In this document: in pieces, positions 21,803 through 31,383 of the stretch
Layout of the letters: each line of letters begins with the position of its first letter
How positions within the stretch are numbered: position 1 is the stretch's first letter
Source of the DNA: Gammaproteobacteria bacterium
GTDB lineage: Bacteria; Pseudomonadota; Gammaproteobacteria; Ga0077536
Assembly: GCA_963662545.2 (NCBI GenBank)
Contig: CAXXLL010000003.1
Span: 1,856,001-1,920,000, forward strand
DNA: 64,000 bases
Direction of reading: 5' to 3'
Notes under the pieces: model-generated
What the model was told of the DNA's origin: nothing
Database searches by the model: none
Seen by the model: only the letters and a program-made list of their open reading frames with translations
Made by a program: the position numbers and the translations under genes

Positions 21803-23926
21803 ATGAGTGATCGATTCCCAGCCTCGCAGTGCACGTCAAAACAACCCCCGATGGCGTTCTTCGCCTGGACCAAGCTCCTCCTCGTTGCCATGGCCCTGGC
21901 GGGATCAGGCCGCTTATTCGCCAACGAGAACGCACATGCTGAATTCGGCGCGCCGGTCCTGATCGAAGAGGTGGAAAAAGGCAGCCTGCTGCTCAAACCC
22001 GAAGGCGCGGACGAATTCTTTCCGGCGCCGACGGTGGACACGCAGGTACATATGCGGATCACCGGCATGGTGGCGCGCGTCACCGTGGAGCAATCATTCA
22101 GCAATCCGGGATCGGGCTGGGTCAACGGCATCTACGTTTTTCCGCTGCCCGAAACGGCGGCCGTCGACCACATGGTTCTCAAGATCAGCGAACGGGTGAT
22201 CGAAGGGCAGATCAAGAAGCGCGCCGACGCGCGAAAAATTTACGAGCAGGCGAAAGCATCGGGCAAAAAGGCGAGCCTGGTCGAACAGCAACGTCCCAAC
22301 ATCTTCACTAACCGCATCGCGAACATCGGCCCGGGGGAAACCGTGCGCGTGACTATCGAATATCAGCAAACGATCGATTATGACAAAGGCCGATTCTCGA
22401 TCCGATTCCCGATGACCGTCGGCATTCGCTACATACCCGGCACCCGTCGGGTCGGCAGATTCGACGGTGGTGGATGGGCCTTCAACAGTGACGAGGTGCC
22501 CGACGCGAGCCTGATCACACCGCCCGTCACCGATACCGCCGAGGGTCACCCGAATCCCGTTTCCATCACCATCGAACTCAATACGGGCTTCCCCCTGGCG
22601 CACCTGGATAGCGCATACCACCCGATCGTGACCGAGCACCTCGGGCGCAACCGCTATCGAATCGAGCTCACCGATGGGCCCGTCGCGGGCGATCGGGACT
22701 TCGAACTCGCATGGACGCCCGAGCCGCAGTACGCGCCGCGCGCCGCGTTTTTCTCAACTGAGCAGGCGGGCGAAACCTACGGGCTTCTCATGATGATTCC
22801 CCCCGAAACCGAATGGGCAAAACGAACGGTGCTGCCGCGGGAAATGATCTACCTCATCGATACCTCGGGCTCGATGCACGGCACCTCGATCAACCAGGCG
22901 AAAGAGGCTCTGCTGTTGGGTCTCGCGGGCCTCAAACCTGAGGACTCGTTCAACATCGTCCAGTTCAATTCCACCACGACGAAGTTCATGCCCGGAGCGA
23001 TCCCTGCGGATGCGGACAATCTCCGCCGCGCAAAAAACTACGTACGGTCGCTGCGTGCCAACGGCGGTACGGAAATGGCCGCTGCCCTGCGCGCCGTGCT
23101 GGACGGTGGCGATGACGCGTCCCGGGTACGCCAGGTGATCTTCCTCACCGACGGCAGCGTCGGTAACGAACGCAGCCTGTTTACGATCATCGGCAAGAAT
23201 CTCGGCGATTCCCGTTTGTTCACCGTGGGGATCGGCGCGGCTCCAAACAGCTACTTCATGCGCGAAGCGGCCGCCGTCGGGCGCGGATCCTTTACCTACA
23301 TAGGCGACGTAAGAGAGGTCAGGGACAAGATGCGGGCCTTGTTCGAGAAGCTCGAGTATCCCGTTTTATCGAATGTTGAAATCAGCTGGCCGGGCGGTGG
23401 GCAGGCGGACTACTGGCCGAATCCGATCCGGGATCTGTATATCCATGAACCGCTGGTCGTAAGCTTCAAGGTCTCCGGCCGGCCCGCCTCCCTCAAGGTG
23501 AGCGGGAACATGAACGGTTCCGCCTGGTCGTCCGATTTCAAGCTCGAGTCGGGGGGCTCGGACAGCGGACTCGACATTTTATGGGCGCGCAACAAAATAC
23601 AAAGCCTCGAGCGTCAGACGAGCCGGGGTACGCCGCCCGCCGAGATCAAGCAGGCGGTCACCGAACTCGGTCTAAAACACCACATCGTCACTGCGCATAC
23701 CAGCCTCGTCGCCGTCGACGTCACGCCGTCGCGCGATCAAGACACACCGGTCAGTGACGCCGCCGTGCCGTCGAAAAAGCCTAAGGGCTGGGACATGCAG
23801 ACGCCTCGAGCCCGGATCCCGCAGACGGCGACGCCACTGGCGCTACACCTGCTGGTAGCAACCCTGGCGACGATACTTTCTTCGCTCATGTCGTTCGCGA
23901 AGCGCTTCAAGTGGGCGCGGTCATGA
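21803..23926 (+). CDS. VIT + vWA domain marine proteobacterial sortase target protein
   Basis: VIT ('YVFPLP..AAV'), vWA MIDAS DTSGSM and 'FLTDG'; C-terminal IPQTA + hydrophobic stretch + basic tail KRFK. Confidence 0.9.
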   Translation: MSDRFPASQCTSKQPPMAFFAWTKLLLVAMALAGSGRLFANENAHAEFGAPVLIEEVEKGSLLLKPEGADEFFPAPTVDTQVHMRITGMVARVTVEQSFSNPGSGWVNGIYVFPLPETAAVDHMVLKISERVIEGQIKKRADARKIYEQAKASGKKASLVEQQRPNIFTNRIANIGPGETVRVTIEYQQTIDYDKGRFSIRFPMTVGIRYIPGTRRVGRFDGGGWAFNSDEVPDASLITPPVTDTAEGHPNPVSITIELNTGFPLAHLDSAYHPIVTEHLGRNRYRIELTDGPVAGDRDFELAWTPEPQYAPRAAFFSTEQAGETYGLLMMIPPETEWAKRTVLPREMIYLIDTSGSMHGTSINQAKEALLLGLAGLKPEDSFNIVQFNSTTTKFMPGAIPADADNLRRAKNYVRSLRANGGTEMAAALRAVLDGGDDASRVRQVIFLTDGSVGNERSLFTIIGKNLGDSRLFTVGIGAAPNSYFMREAAAVGRGSFTYIGDVREVRDKMRALFEKLEYPVLSNVEISWPGGGQADYWPNPIRDLYIHEPLVVSFKVSGRPASLKVSGNMNGSAWSSDFKLESGGSDSGLDILWARNKIQSLERQTSRGTPPAEIKQAVTELGLKHHIVTAHTSLVAVDVTPSRDQDTPVSDAAVPSKKPKGWDMQTPRARIPQTATPLALHLLVATLATILSSLMSFAKRFKWARS

Positions 23927-24507
23927 TCGAGCGCGCTAAGAGATGGGGTGGGTGCCGCATCGCCGGCGCCCTGCTCGGGATCTTTGCACTGTGGAACGTA
24001 AGTGCGGCGGCCTACATCGCCGCCAAAGCGGAACTCGCCCAGTTCCTGCTGGATCAGGCCTGGCAGCAAACCGTCGAAGGCGGGAACAGAATTCGCCCGT
24101 GGGACTGGGCTGACACCTGGCCGGTTGCGCGGCTCGTGTTGCCGGCTAGCGGAGAGAAAGCGATCATCCTCGAAGGCGCCTCGGGCAGAAATCTCGCATT
24201 CGGACCAGGGCACTTGAGCGCGACGCCCTTGCCGGGCGAATCGGGCAACAGCGTGATCGTCGGCCATCGCGATACACATTTCGCGATGCTCGAGGGCGTT
24301 CTACGCGGCGACAACATCGTGATGGAACTCCGCGACCGGCGGCTCGTATACCGCGTCGAAGACATCGGCATCGTCCACGAAACGAATGTCGCGGTGCTTG
24401 GAGACGCCGGCACCGAGGCGTTGACGCTCATCACCTGTTATCCCTTCGATGCGCTCGACCCGGGCGGGGATCAGCGCTACGTGATCAGGGCCGAGCTGCA
24501 ACAATAA
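23923..24507 (+). CDS. Class GN (marine proteobacterial) sortase
   Basis: 'PW.WADTWPVARL', 'LAFGPGH', 'GHRDTHF', 'LTLITCYPF', catalytic H/C/R; ATGA overlap with substrate gene. Confidence 0.93.
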   Translation: MIERAKRWGGCRIAGALLGIFALWNVSAAAYIAAKAELAQFLLDQAWQQTVEGGNRIRPWDWADTWPVARLVLPASGEKAIILEGASGRNLAFGPGHLSATPLPGESGNSVIVGHRDTHFAMLEGVLRGDNIVMELRDRRLVYRVEDIGIVHETNVAVLGDAGTEALTLITCYPFDALDPGGDQRYVIRAELQQ

Positions 24508-24664
24508 TTCGATGTGCCCGGCGCGACCGTGGGTTCCGCGCGAAATCGAAGGACGCGTTTTAGTACTATCAGGGCCGCGATCGCGCTCCTTTCAAAGCGC
24601 CCTTTCACCGCTATCGCGAATTTTCTAAGCCATACCTCGAAAATCGAACACACGGAATCGCAAC

Positions 24665-26452
24665 GTGGACGCCCACTTCGTCAACGTCATTGCCCTCATC
24701 GCCTGCGTCGGTCTGCTCGTTCAATGGGCCGCCTGGCGTTTCCGCATTCCGGCCATCGTTTTGCTGACGATCGCAGGCTTCGTCGTCGGATCGGCCACCG
24801 GTCTGGTCGATCCGAGCCGCGATTTCGGCGTGCTGCTGGAACCTTTCGTTCAACTCGCCGTTGCGGTGATCCTGTTCGAAGGCGGCCTTAATCTTCGCTT
24901 TCACGAGTTGCGCCAGGCGGGTGGCGGCGTCCGGCGGTTGATCAGCACGGGCCTGATCCTGAGCTTTGGTTTGGGCGCCCTGGCGGCGCACTACATCGGG
25001 CAATTGTCCTGGCCGGTTGCGATCGAATTCGGGGCCATCATCGTGGTGACCGGCCCGACGGTGATCCTGCCCCTGCTGCGTCAGGCACGTTTGCGCGCGC
25101 GCACGGCATCATTGCTGAAGTGGGAAGGCATCGTCAACGATCCGGTGGGGGCGCTTCTGGCCGTCGTGGTGTTCGAATATTTCGTGCTGGGCGGCGGTAA
25201 CAGTGCGGGTTACGAATTGGCCGCGGTGGTGATCCTGACGGTCGTCTTTGCCGGTGCCTTAGGTTGGTACACCGGGCAGATGCTTGGGGCGGCATACCGG
25301 CGCGGCCTGGTCCCGGAATACCTCAAGGGACCAGGCATGCTCGCCGCCGTGCTCGGGTCGTATGCCCTCGGTAACCTCATGCTGGAGGAAGCGGGTCTGT
25401 TAACGGTCACCGCGCTCGGCATCGCGCTCGGCATCGCCAATCTTCCGAGCATCGATGAACTGCGGCGGTTCAAGGAATACATGACCATAGCCCTGGTGTC
25501 GGGCTTGTTTATCGTACTGACGGCGGATCTCGATCCGGCACTGCTCGCGGAACTCGATTGGCGCGGCGCCGCGCTCATCGCGGCGCTCATATTCGCGGTA
25601 CGTCCCCTGGCGGTGTTTCTCGCGACCATCAGGACGGATTTGGATTGGCAAGAACGCATTTTGCTGGGCTGGGTCGCACCGCGTGGTATCGCCGCCGCCG
25701 CCGTCGCCGCCACGTTCTCGACCCGCATGTTCGAAGCCGGCTACGCGGATGCGAGCAAGCTGCTGCCGCTGGTATTCGCACTCATCGTGACAACGGTTGT
25801 ACTACACGGTTTCTCGATAGGATGGCTCGCGCGGCATCTCAATCTTGCATCGCGGCGCTCGGATGGCTTGATTATCGTCGGGGCTTCGCCATGGTCCATC
25901 GACCTTGCCGGTAAGCTGATCGAAATCGAAGTCCCGGCCCTCGTCGTCGACGCGTCGTGGCACCGCTTGAGGCCCGCTCGCCTGGCCGGAGTCAACAATC
26001 ATTTCGGACAGATCGTCTCGGAGTCAGCTGACGAGATCCTCGATATCTCGTCGATGGGATACGTTCTGGCCGCAACCGACAACGACGCTTACAACGCGCT
26101 CGTATGCACGCGGTTCTCCAGCGAATTCAATCGCAACGCGGTTTTTCAAATCCCCATGCCGACCGCTGATGAAGACGAAAAAAAGGGGATAACGGCAACC
26201 TTGCGGGGACAACGCGCATTCTCTGATAACGCGCTTTACGAAGATCTATTGCAGCGCTACTTTGAAGGATCGCGGTTTCAAAAAACTAAATTGACCGATG
26301 AGTATACGTTCGAGATGTACCTTGAGAAGAATGACGGCAGACTGTTCGCCACGCTCGTCGTACGGGAATCCGAGGGTCTCCAGTTCGATCTTGACCGCTA
26401 CAAACCGTCTGCCGGCGATACGGTGATTAATTTCCTGCCGCAGACCGAATGA
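24665..26452 (+). CDS. CPA1/NhaP-type cation:proton antiporter with C-terminal Rossmann-like domain
   Basis: ~12 TM; 'ILFEGGL', 'VTGPTV', 'WEGIVNDPVG', 'APRGIAAA'. Confidence 0.88.
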   Translation: MDAHFVNVIALIACVGLLVQWAAWRFRIPAIVLLTIAGFVVGSATGLVDPSRDFGVLLEPFVQLAVAVILFEGGLNLRFHELRQAGGGVRRLISTGLILSFGLGALAAHYIGQLSWPVAIEFGAIIVVTGPTVILPLLRQARLRARTASLLKWEGIVNDPVGALLAVVVFEYFVLGGGNSAGYELAAVVILTVVFAGALGWYTGQMLGAAYRRGLVPEYLKGPGMLAAVLGSYALGNLMLEEAGLLTVTALGIALGIANLPSIDELRRFKEYMTIALVSGLFIVLTADLDPALLAELDWRGAALIAALIFAVRPLAVFLATIRTDLDWQERILLGWVAPRGIAAAAVAATFSTRMFEAGYADASKLLPLVFALIVTTVVLHGFSIGWLARHLNLASRRSDGLIIVGASPWSIDLAGKLIEIEVPALVVDASWHRLRPARLAGVNNHFGQIVSESADEILDISSMGYVLAATDNDAYNALVCTRFSSEFNRNAVFQIPMPTADEDEKKGITATLRGQRAFSDNALYEDLLQRYFEGSRFQKTKLTDEYTFEMYLEKNDGRLFATLVVRESEGLQFDLDRYKPSAGDTVINFLPQTE

Positions 26453-26528
26453 GCACTGGTTCGCAGTCACGGTCAGGATCTTAAGGATTGAACTGATACG
26501 CAGATGATTTACGGAGCGGCGAAATAAA

Positions 26529-26609
26529 ACCATGGAGAACACGAAGGGAGGAAAAAAATGACTGTTTACATGCCATATTTTTGATGTTTCGCTTGGTGTT
26601 CTCTGTGGT
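26529..26609. repeat. Degenerate REP-like inverted repeat in AT-rich intergenic region
   Basis: ACCATGGAGAACAC (26529-26542) ... GTGTTCTCTGTGGT (26596-26609), 12/14 complementary. Confidence 0.5.
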
Positions 26610-26698
26610 CCATTGAGATCGTATTTGGGATCTGAGGTTTAAGAACCAATTCATGAACTTACAGTAGACGGGCGGGAAGAAATACCGGCCGGGTCCGG

Positions 26699-28216
26699 TT
26701 ACGGTTTCAGGTCCGCCTCGGTGCACACTTGGTTTCGACCTTTGTCCTTAGCCACATACATTGCCCGATCAGCGCGCTCGAACACCTCCTCGAGGGTATC
26801 GCGCGCGTGGAATTGGGCGATGCCGCAGGACAAGGTTACCGGGACCGGAGTTTCCTTGTAGCGGAACGCGCAGTTTTCGATGTGCGCGCGCAGTTTGTCC
26901 AGCAGCTTGACCGCGTCTCGAGCCGGGGTTTCCGGCAGAATCAGGACGAATTCCTCGCCGCCGTAACGGCACAGAATGTCGCTTTCACGCATCTTCTCAT
27001 TGAGATTGTTGACGACCGTCGTCAGCACCTTGTCGCCGGCCGAATGTCCGTAACGATCATTGATGTCCTTGAACCGATCGAGATCGATGACCGCGAGGCT
27101 CATCGCTCCGCCGTAACGTTTCCAGCGGGCGTACTGTTTGCCCGCGGTTTCCAGATAACCGGAGCGGTTGAGGATCCCGGTTAAAGGATCGATCAATACG
27201 CGCGCATGTTGTTCGGCGAGATTCTCACGCAGGTTTTTTGTTTCTTCTTCGAGGTGTTTGAGCCGGTGAACCATCAGCTCGATAGCGCCATCCGCCTCCG
27301 TCGTGCGCTCTTTCTGCGCGTTGATGAAGTCGTTCAGACCGTCACCAATACTATTGAGCTTCGATTCGATCATCGATTTTACGACCTCGAGGTCCTCTGA
27401 CTCGGAGACGTCTTTCCGAAGGACGCATATGTCCATGCACACGGTTTCGCTCAATTGCACGGCGTCGTTGGAGGCGGCGACATGGAGCTCGCGCGAGCGG
27501 GTCATGACCTGCTCGCAATCCTGCAGACGCTGGGCGGTGGTGCGCAGAAACTCGGCCAGGCCGTCGATTTCCCCCTGTAATTCGGCTCTCAGGTTCTGAA
27601 TCAGTTGGACGAGAGCAGCCACACATGGTTTGAGTTCGGCCGTGTCCGAGGCCTTTAGCAGCGTTCGTTTGAACGCGGTGGCGTCGTCCGCCAGCTGCCC
27701 CGTTATCGGCACACGCTCCATCAGTTCGATCATCATGCCGCGTGCCGTTTCAATTTCATCCGTCGGGTTACGGTGCGAGTCGAGTTCCGACGAAATGGCG
27801 CGCGCTGCTTTTTCGATCTGGGCGATGACCTCAACCGTTCGCTTCTGCTCGATGATCAGTTTCCGGGCGCTGTCAATTTCGCCTTGGATCGATTCCGGTG
27901 CCGCCAGTTGATCGAAAAATTGGAGTAGTGGATCGCAGTCGGTGTTTTCAGGTCCGGTTACGAGCGTATGATCCATCGAGCAGACGGATTCGACGATCTG
28001 ATCGATGAGCTTATTTAAGCGGGTATCGCGTTGGCCGCCGCGCAGCAGGCTGCCGACTTCCTTGAGCTTTTGGTCGAGGTCGGTGTTTTGGCCGTGATAG
28101 GCGAACGACATGCGAAGTATGCCGCGCTGCAACCGGGATATCGTTTCCGAGCTGGCCTGGCGTTTGTGTGGAGCAGCATCCTTAGGCGCTACCTTGTTCA
28201 ATCGATGAGCCGACAT
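26699..28216 (-). CDS. Diguanylate cyclase with long coiled-coil N-terminus
   Basis: 'DPLTG..NR', 'DLDRFKDIND.YGH..GD', RESD I-site, 'RYGGEEF', 'RAD.AMY.AK..GRN'. Confidence 0.92.
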   Translation of the reverse strand: MSAHRLNKVAPKDAAPHKRQASSETISRLQRGILRMSFAYHGQNTDLDQKLKEVGSLLRGGQRDTRLNKLIDQIVESVCSMDHTLVTGPENTDCDPLLQFFDQLAAPESIQGEIDSARKLIIEQKRTVEVIAQIEKAARAISSELDSHRNPTDEIETARGMMIELMERVPITGQLADDATAFKRTLLKASDTAELKPCVAALVQLIQNLRAELQGEIDGLAEFLRTTAQRLQDCEQVMTRSRELHVAASNDAVQLSETVCMDICVLRKDVSESEDLEVVKSMIESKLNSIGDGLNDFINAQKERTTEADGAIELMVHRLKHLEEETKNLRENLAEQHARVLIDPLTGILNRSGYLETAGKQYARWKRYGGAMSLAVIDLDRFKDINDRYGHSAGDKVLTTVVNNLNEKMRESDILCRYGGEEFVLILPETPARDAVKLLDKLRAHIENCAFRYKETPVPVTLSCGIAQFHARDTLEEVFERADRAMYVAKDKGRNQVCTEADLKP

Positions 28217-28385
28217 GATGATCCTTGGCCGTTTATCTGGTCGTACCGGCGCAATGCCCCGGGCTGCTCCTGCCGCATCGACACGGCGCATAGCCGCCGC
28301 GACCGGCGGGTGGGCGATCGGATCAAAATAATGAGGTTTTGGCCGGGTTGAACGGCCTGACTAACGGCTCTCCGGTGCCGTCGTG

Positions 28386-28427
28386 CTCCTTATCGCCCGT
28401 TCTCCTTATCGCCCGTTCTCCTTATCG
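28386..28427. repeat. Tandem 16-bp repeat (2.6 copies) spanning the dsbA stop codon
   Basis: CTCCTTATCGCCCGTT x2 + CTCCTTATCG. Confidence 0.85.
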
Positions 28428-29026
28428 GCCAGGTAATCAACCAGCTTTAGCAGGTTCTCATAACTTCCGGTCGAGCGGGCGCTGCTGCGATATTTGCCAT
28501 TGATGATAACGGCGGGTACGCCGGTGATGCCGTAGGAGCGGGTTGCGGCAATCGCCTGGCGGGTCTTGGTGTCGACGTCGAAGGAGTTGAAGGCCTGCCG
28601 GAACTCTTCCGCAGGCGTGCCGTGCTCGGCGAAGAATGTCGCGAGCGCGTCCTCGGTATAAAGTTTGCGCTTCTCGAGGTGCAGCGCATCGAACAGGGGT
28701 CTGTGGATTTTGTCCAGTACGCGCAACTGTTCGGCGGCATAGTACGCTCTCGCATGGACTTCCCAGTTTGCCGCGAATACCGCGGGAATACGGACGAATA
28801 CGACGTTATCCGGCTTCGAGGCGAGCCAGTTTTCAATATGCGGCTCGAAGGTATAGCAATGCCGGCAGCCGTACCAGAAAAGCTCGATGACCTCTATTTT
28901 TTCCGCGGTACTGGTCGGCTGCGCGGGCGTGACGAGTTCGTAATGCTGGCCCACGGTAAAAACCGGGGCGGCGGCGGTTACCGTGCAGAAAGTGACCAGC
29001 ACAGCGGTAAGAAGGGACTTGAACAT
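28406..29026 (-). CDS. dsbA: Thiol:disulfide interchange protein DsbA
   Basis: Signal peptide, 'ELFWYGCRHCY.FEP', 'GVPA...NGKY'. Confidence 0.93.
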   Translation of the reverse strand: MFKSLLTAVLVTFCTVTAAAPVFTVGQHYELVTPAQPTSTAEKIEVIELFWYGCRHCYTFEPHIENWLASKPDNVVFVRIPAVFAANWEVHARAYYAAEQLRVLDKIHRPLFDALHLEKRKLYTEDALATFFAEHGTPAEEFRQAFNSFDVDTKTRQAIAATRSYGITGVPAVIINGKYRSSARSTGSYENLLKLVDYLADKENGR

Positions 29027-29141
29027 GATGAGCTTGAACCGATTGAGTTACTGTTCTAGGCCGCAAAGTGTGAATAAGGTTCCGTCGGAGAATGTGATGA
29101 ATTACGGACAAATTCGAAACGTTCACCGGCCGTGCGGCCGG

Positions 29142-29741
29142 TCAATACAAGCCCGAAATGTATTGTGCGACCTGCTCCATGTCCGCATCGGACAGCTTGG
29201 CAGCGATCATGCGCATCATTCTCTGCGGGTCGGTCGACCGTGAACCGTCCCGGTAGGCCTTGAGCTGAAGGACCGTGTATTCAGCATGTTGTCCGCGCAA
29301 TGCGGGATATCTGGCGGCGGCAATACCGGCGCCGCTCGGACCGTGACAGGCCATACAGGCCGGTATGCTTCGCTCGGCGTTTCCGCCCCGATAAAGCTGC
29401 TGACCGGCAGCAATTTTCCCGGCCTCGACGGGTTGGATGCGCAAGGTTTGAGCCGCATAGTAGGCGGAGATCTCCAGCATATCTGATTCCGCGAGTGGGA
29501 CCGCCAGGGGCGCCATTGCCGGATTCTCGCGGCGGCCGGATTTGAACGCCTGAAGCTGTTCGACCATATAGGCCGGATTCTGTCCCGCGAGCTTAGGCCA
29601 CATCGGAATCGTGCTGTTGCCGTCCGCGCCGTGACAAGCACCACACACCTGGGCCTTGGTCTTGCCGTCGGCAGAGGCATTGAATGTGTAAATGGCGGCG
29701 CACAGAAGGCTTAGAACAATGAACATGTTCCTCTGGGGCAT
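29142..29741 (-). CDS. Di-heme cytochrome c4
   Basis: Signal peptide, CGACHG and CMACHG, 'PKLAGQ', 'YPALRGQH'. Confidence 0.93.
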   Translation of the reverse strand: MPQRNMFIVLSLLCAAIYTFNASADGKTKAQVCGACHGADGNSTIPMWPKLAGQNPAYMVEQLQAFKSGRRENPAMAPLAVPLAESDMLEISAYYAAQTLRIQPVEAGKIAAGQQLYRGGNAERSIPACMACHGPSGAGIAAARYPALRGQHAEYTVLQLKAYRDGSRSTDPQRMMRMIAAKLSDADMEQVAQYISGLY

Positions 29742-29870
29742 GATGTTGCTCTCGTAATCGGCGATATGGATTTCGATTATATAACGGGATTCGGAACGTA
29801 TTCTGCATCGCGACAGCCGCGGGTCGAGGTAATATTAGAAACTATCTCAATGGCTAGGAGCAGTAGGTAA

Positions 29871-30494
29871 GTGCAGGCTTCGACCGCGCAGGCGGCCCGA
29901 AAGTTACTCAGCGGAGCCCGATTCGTATTGAGCGTTCCCAACGTCGGCGACATGCCGAATGACAAGGGCATCGAAATCGCATTCGCGGGCCGATCGAATA
30001 CCGGAAAGTCGAGCGCGATCAATGTTCTCTGCGGCCAGCGTGGGTTGGCCCGCACGAGCCGGACGCCCGGACGCACTCAGCACCTGGTGGTCTTCGAACT
30101 CGACGGCCCGCGCCGTCTCGTAGACCTGCCGGGGTTTGGTTATGCAAAAGTATCCAAGCGCATTCGGGCGCACTGGGATCGGGCGCTACCGGAATACCTC
30201 GAGACACGGCGCTCCCTGGCGGGACTCATGATGGTCATGGACGTGCGGCATCCGCTCAAGCCCCAAGAGGTGATGCTCGTCGACTGGTGCGCGAAAGCGA
30301 ACGTCCCCCTGCACGTTCTACTCAACAAGTGCGACAAGTTGAACAAGGGGCAGGCGCACAACGCCCTACTCAAGGTTTCACGCTATCTCGAAGGCATCGG
30401 CGGCGACGCTACGGTACAGCTTTTCTCCGCGCTCAAGAGCACCGGCATCGAGCAAGCCCACGAAGCGGCAGGACGCTGGCTGGATGTGGCCTAA
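29871..30494 (+). CDS. engB: Ribosome biogenesis GTPase YihA/EngB
   Basis: 'EIAFAGRSNTGKSS', 'TPGRTQ', 'DLPGFG', NKCD. Confidence 0.95.
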   Translation: MQASTAQAARKLLSGARFVLSVPNVGDMPNDKGIEIAFAGRSNTGKSSAINVLCGQRGLARTSRTPGRTQHLVVFELDGPRRLVDLPGFGYAKVSKRIRAHWDRALPEYLETRRSLAGLMMVMDVRHPLKPQEVMLVDWCAKANVPLHVLLNKCDKLNKGQAHNALLKVSRYLEGIGGDATVQLFSALKSTGIEQAHEAAGRWLDVA

Positions 30495-30632
30495 GGAACT
30501 TCTGTTCATGCAATGGTGCAGATCAAGGCATGAATCGCCGGCCATAGCGGCGACTATGGGCAAGGTTCGTAAGGTAAGGCTCCGCGATTTCATGGGCAAG
30601 GCAGATGGGCCATGACTCATTACAGAGGTTCC
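30495..30632. mobile_element. MITE copy A (non-coding, GGAAC...GTTCC ends, CTAA direct repeats)
   Basis: CTAA at 30491-30494 and 30633-30636; extensive identity to the reverse complement of 55723-55884. Confidence 0.8.
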
Positions 30633-30750
30633 CTAAGCCGGAGCGGGGCAACCGGGGGTGGCCACGAAGAACAACGTTTTCTCAACGTACCTGACGGTTT
30701 GGTGAGAGTAATAATCGTCCGCGGATGCCCACAAATTGCGTCGAGATGAC

Positions 30751-30878
30751 AAAAAAAAGGGCCCCGGTGCAAGTGGTAAGGGGGATTTACAGTACCGGGG
30801 CCACTTTGAGGCGCCCGATTGGGGAGATCGGGCATCGCCCACTTGGGAGGTTGTCGTGGGCACGTTCTGAAGAACGTG
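30751..30878 (-). ncRNA. Candidate sRNA with four hairpins, C-rich loops and a Rho-independent terminator
   Basis: Minus-strand stems CACGTTCT/AGAACGTG; GCCCAC-[GACAACCTCCCAA]-GTGGGC; GCCCGAT-[CTCCCCA]-ATCGGGC; GGCCCCGGT...[TCCCCC]...ACCGGGGCC followed by C-T8. Confidence 0.7.
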
Positions 30879-30882
30879 TCAT

Positions 30883-30910
30883 TAAGACCACATTACCCAT
30901 GCTTGGTTCC
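30883..30910 (-). promoter_or_regulatory. Sigma-E/AlgU-like promoter GGAACC-N16-GTCTTA
   Basis: Resembles the RpoE consensus (GGAACTT...GTCnAA) and sits a few nt upstream of the first sRNA hairpin. Confidence 0.6.
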
Positions 30911-31071
30911 CGCGTACGTGTCCGGTCGCAAGGGCCTGCCGTAAAATAATCCTAAGTTTTTGATCTTAATGGAAGACTTCTTCTGTCGTCCGAACAAAGC
31001 ATCCTGGAATATGTTAGCAAGCGCCCACTTCAGTGAACAGGACCTTGCCGGGAACCTTACGGCCGTGGAGT

Positions 31072-31278
31072 TCAGGACATGCCGTATTTGCGTCGGAATT
31101 TATCGACGCGGCCGGCGGTGTCGACGATCTTTTGCTGCCCGGTATAGAACGGGTGGCAGGCCGAACAGACATCGATGTGAAGCTGGCCGTCGGTCAGGGT
31201 CGAGCGCGTTTCGAAGGTATTTCCGCAGCTGCAGGTAACCGATAATTCTTTGTATTCGGGATGTATGTCGGGCTTCAT
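31072..31278 (-). CDS. rpmE: 50S ribosomal protein L31 (Zn-binding type A)
   Basis: [32 protein letters not shown]. Confidence 0.97.
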   Translation of the reverse strand: MKPDIHPEYKELSVTCSCGNTFETRSTLTDGQLHIDVCSACHPFYTGQQKIVDTAGRVDKFRRKYGMS

Positions 31279-31383
31279 GGCCGCTACTCTAATCGCTGCG
31301 AAGGGCCCGGGATTCTAGGTCCGGCGCAAGCCCAATGCAAGCTTGCGCCCGGCGTTTACCGCGCCCTTGGATCCCGCACGCCC

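Noticed and set aside
17664-26452. Genomic island integrated at tRNA-Arg
   Set aside because: Accessory-looking genes follow the tRNA, but I see no integrase, no duplicated tRNA 3' end and no clear composition shift
26591-26604. 13-nt match to the 6S RNA 5' end region (AGAGAACACCAAG)
   Set aside because: Too short to distinguish from chance; better explained by the local inverted repeat
30378-30949. Short ORFs between yihA and rpmE
   Set aside because: They run through the MITE and sRNA hairpins and lack protein-like features
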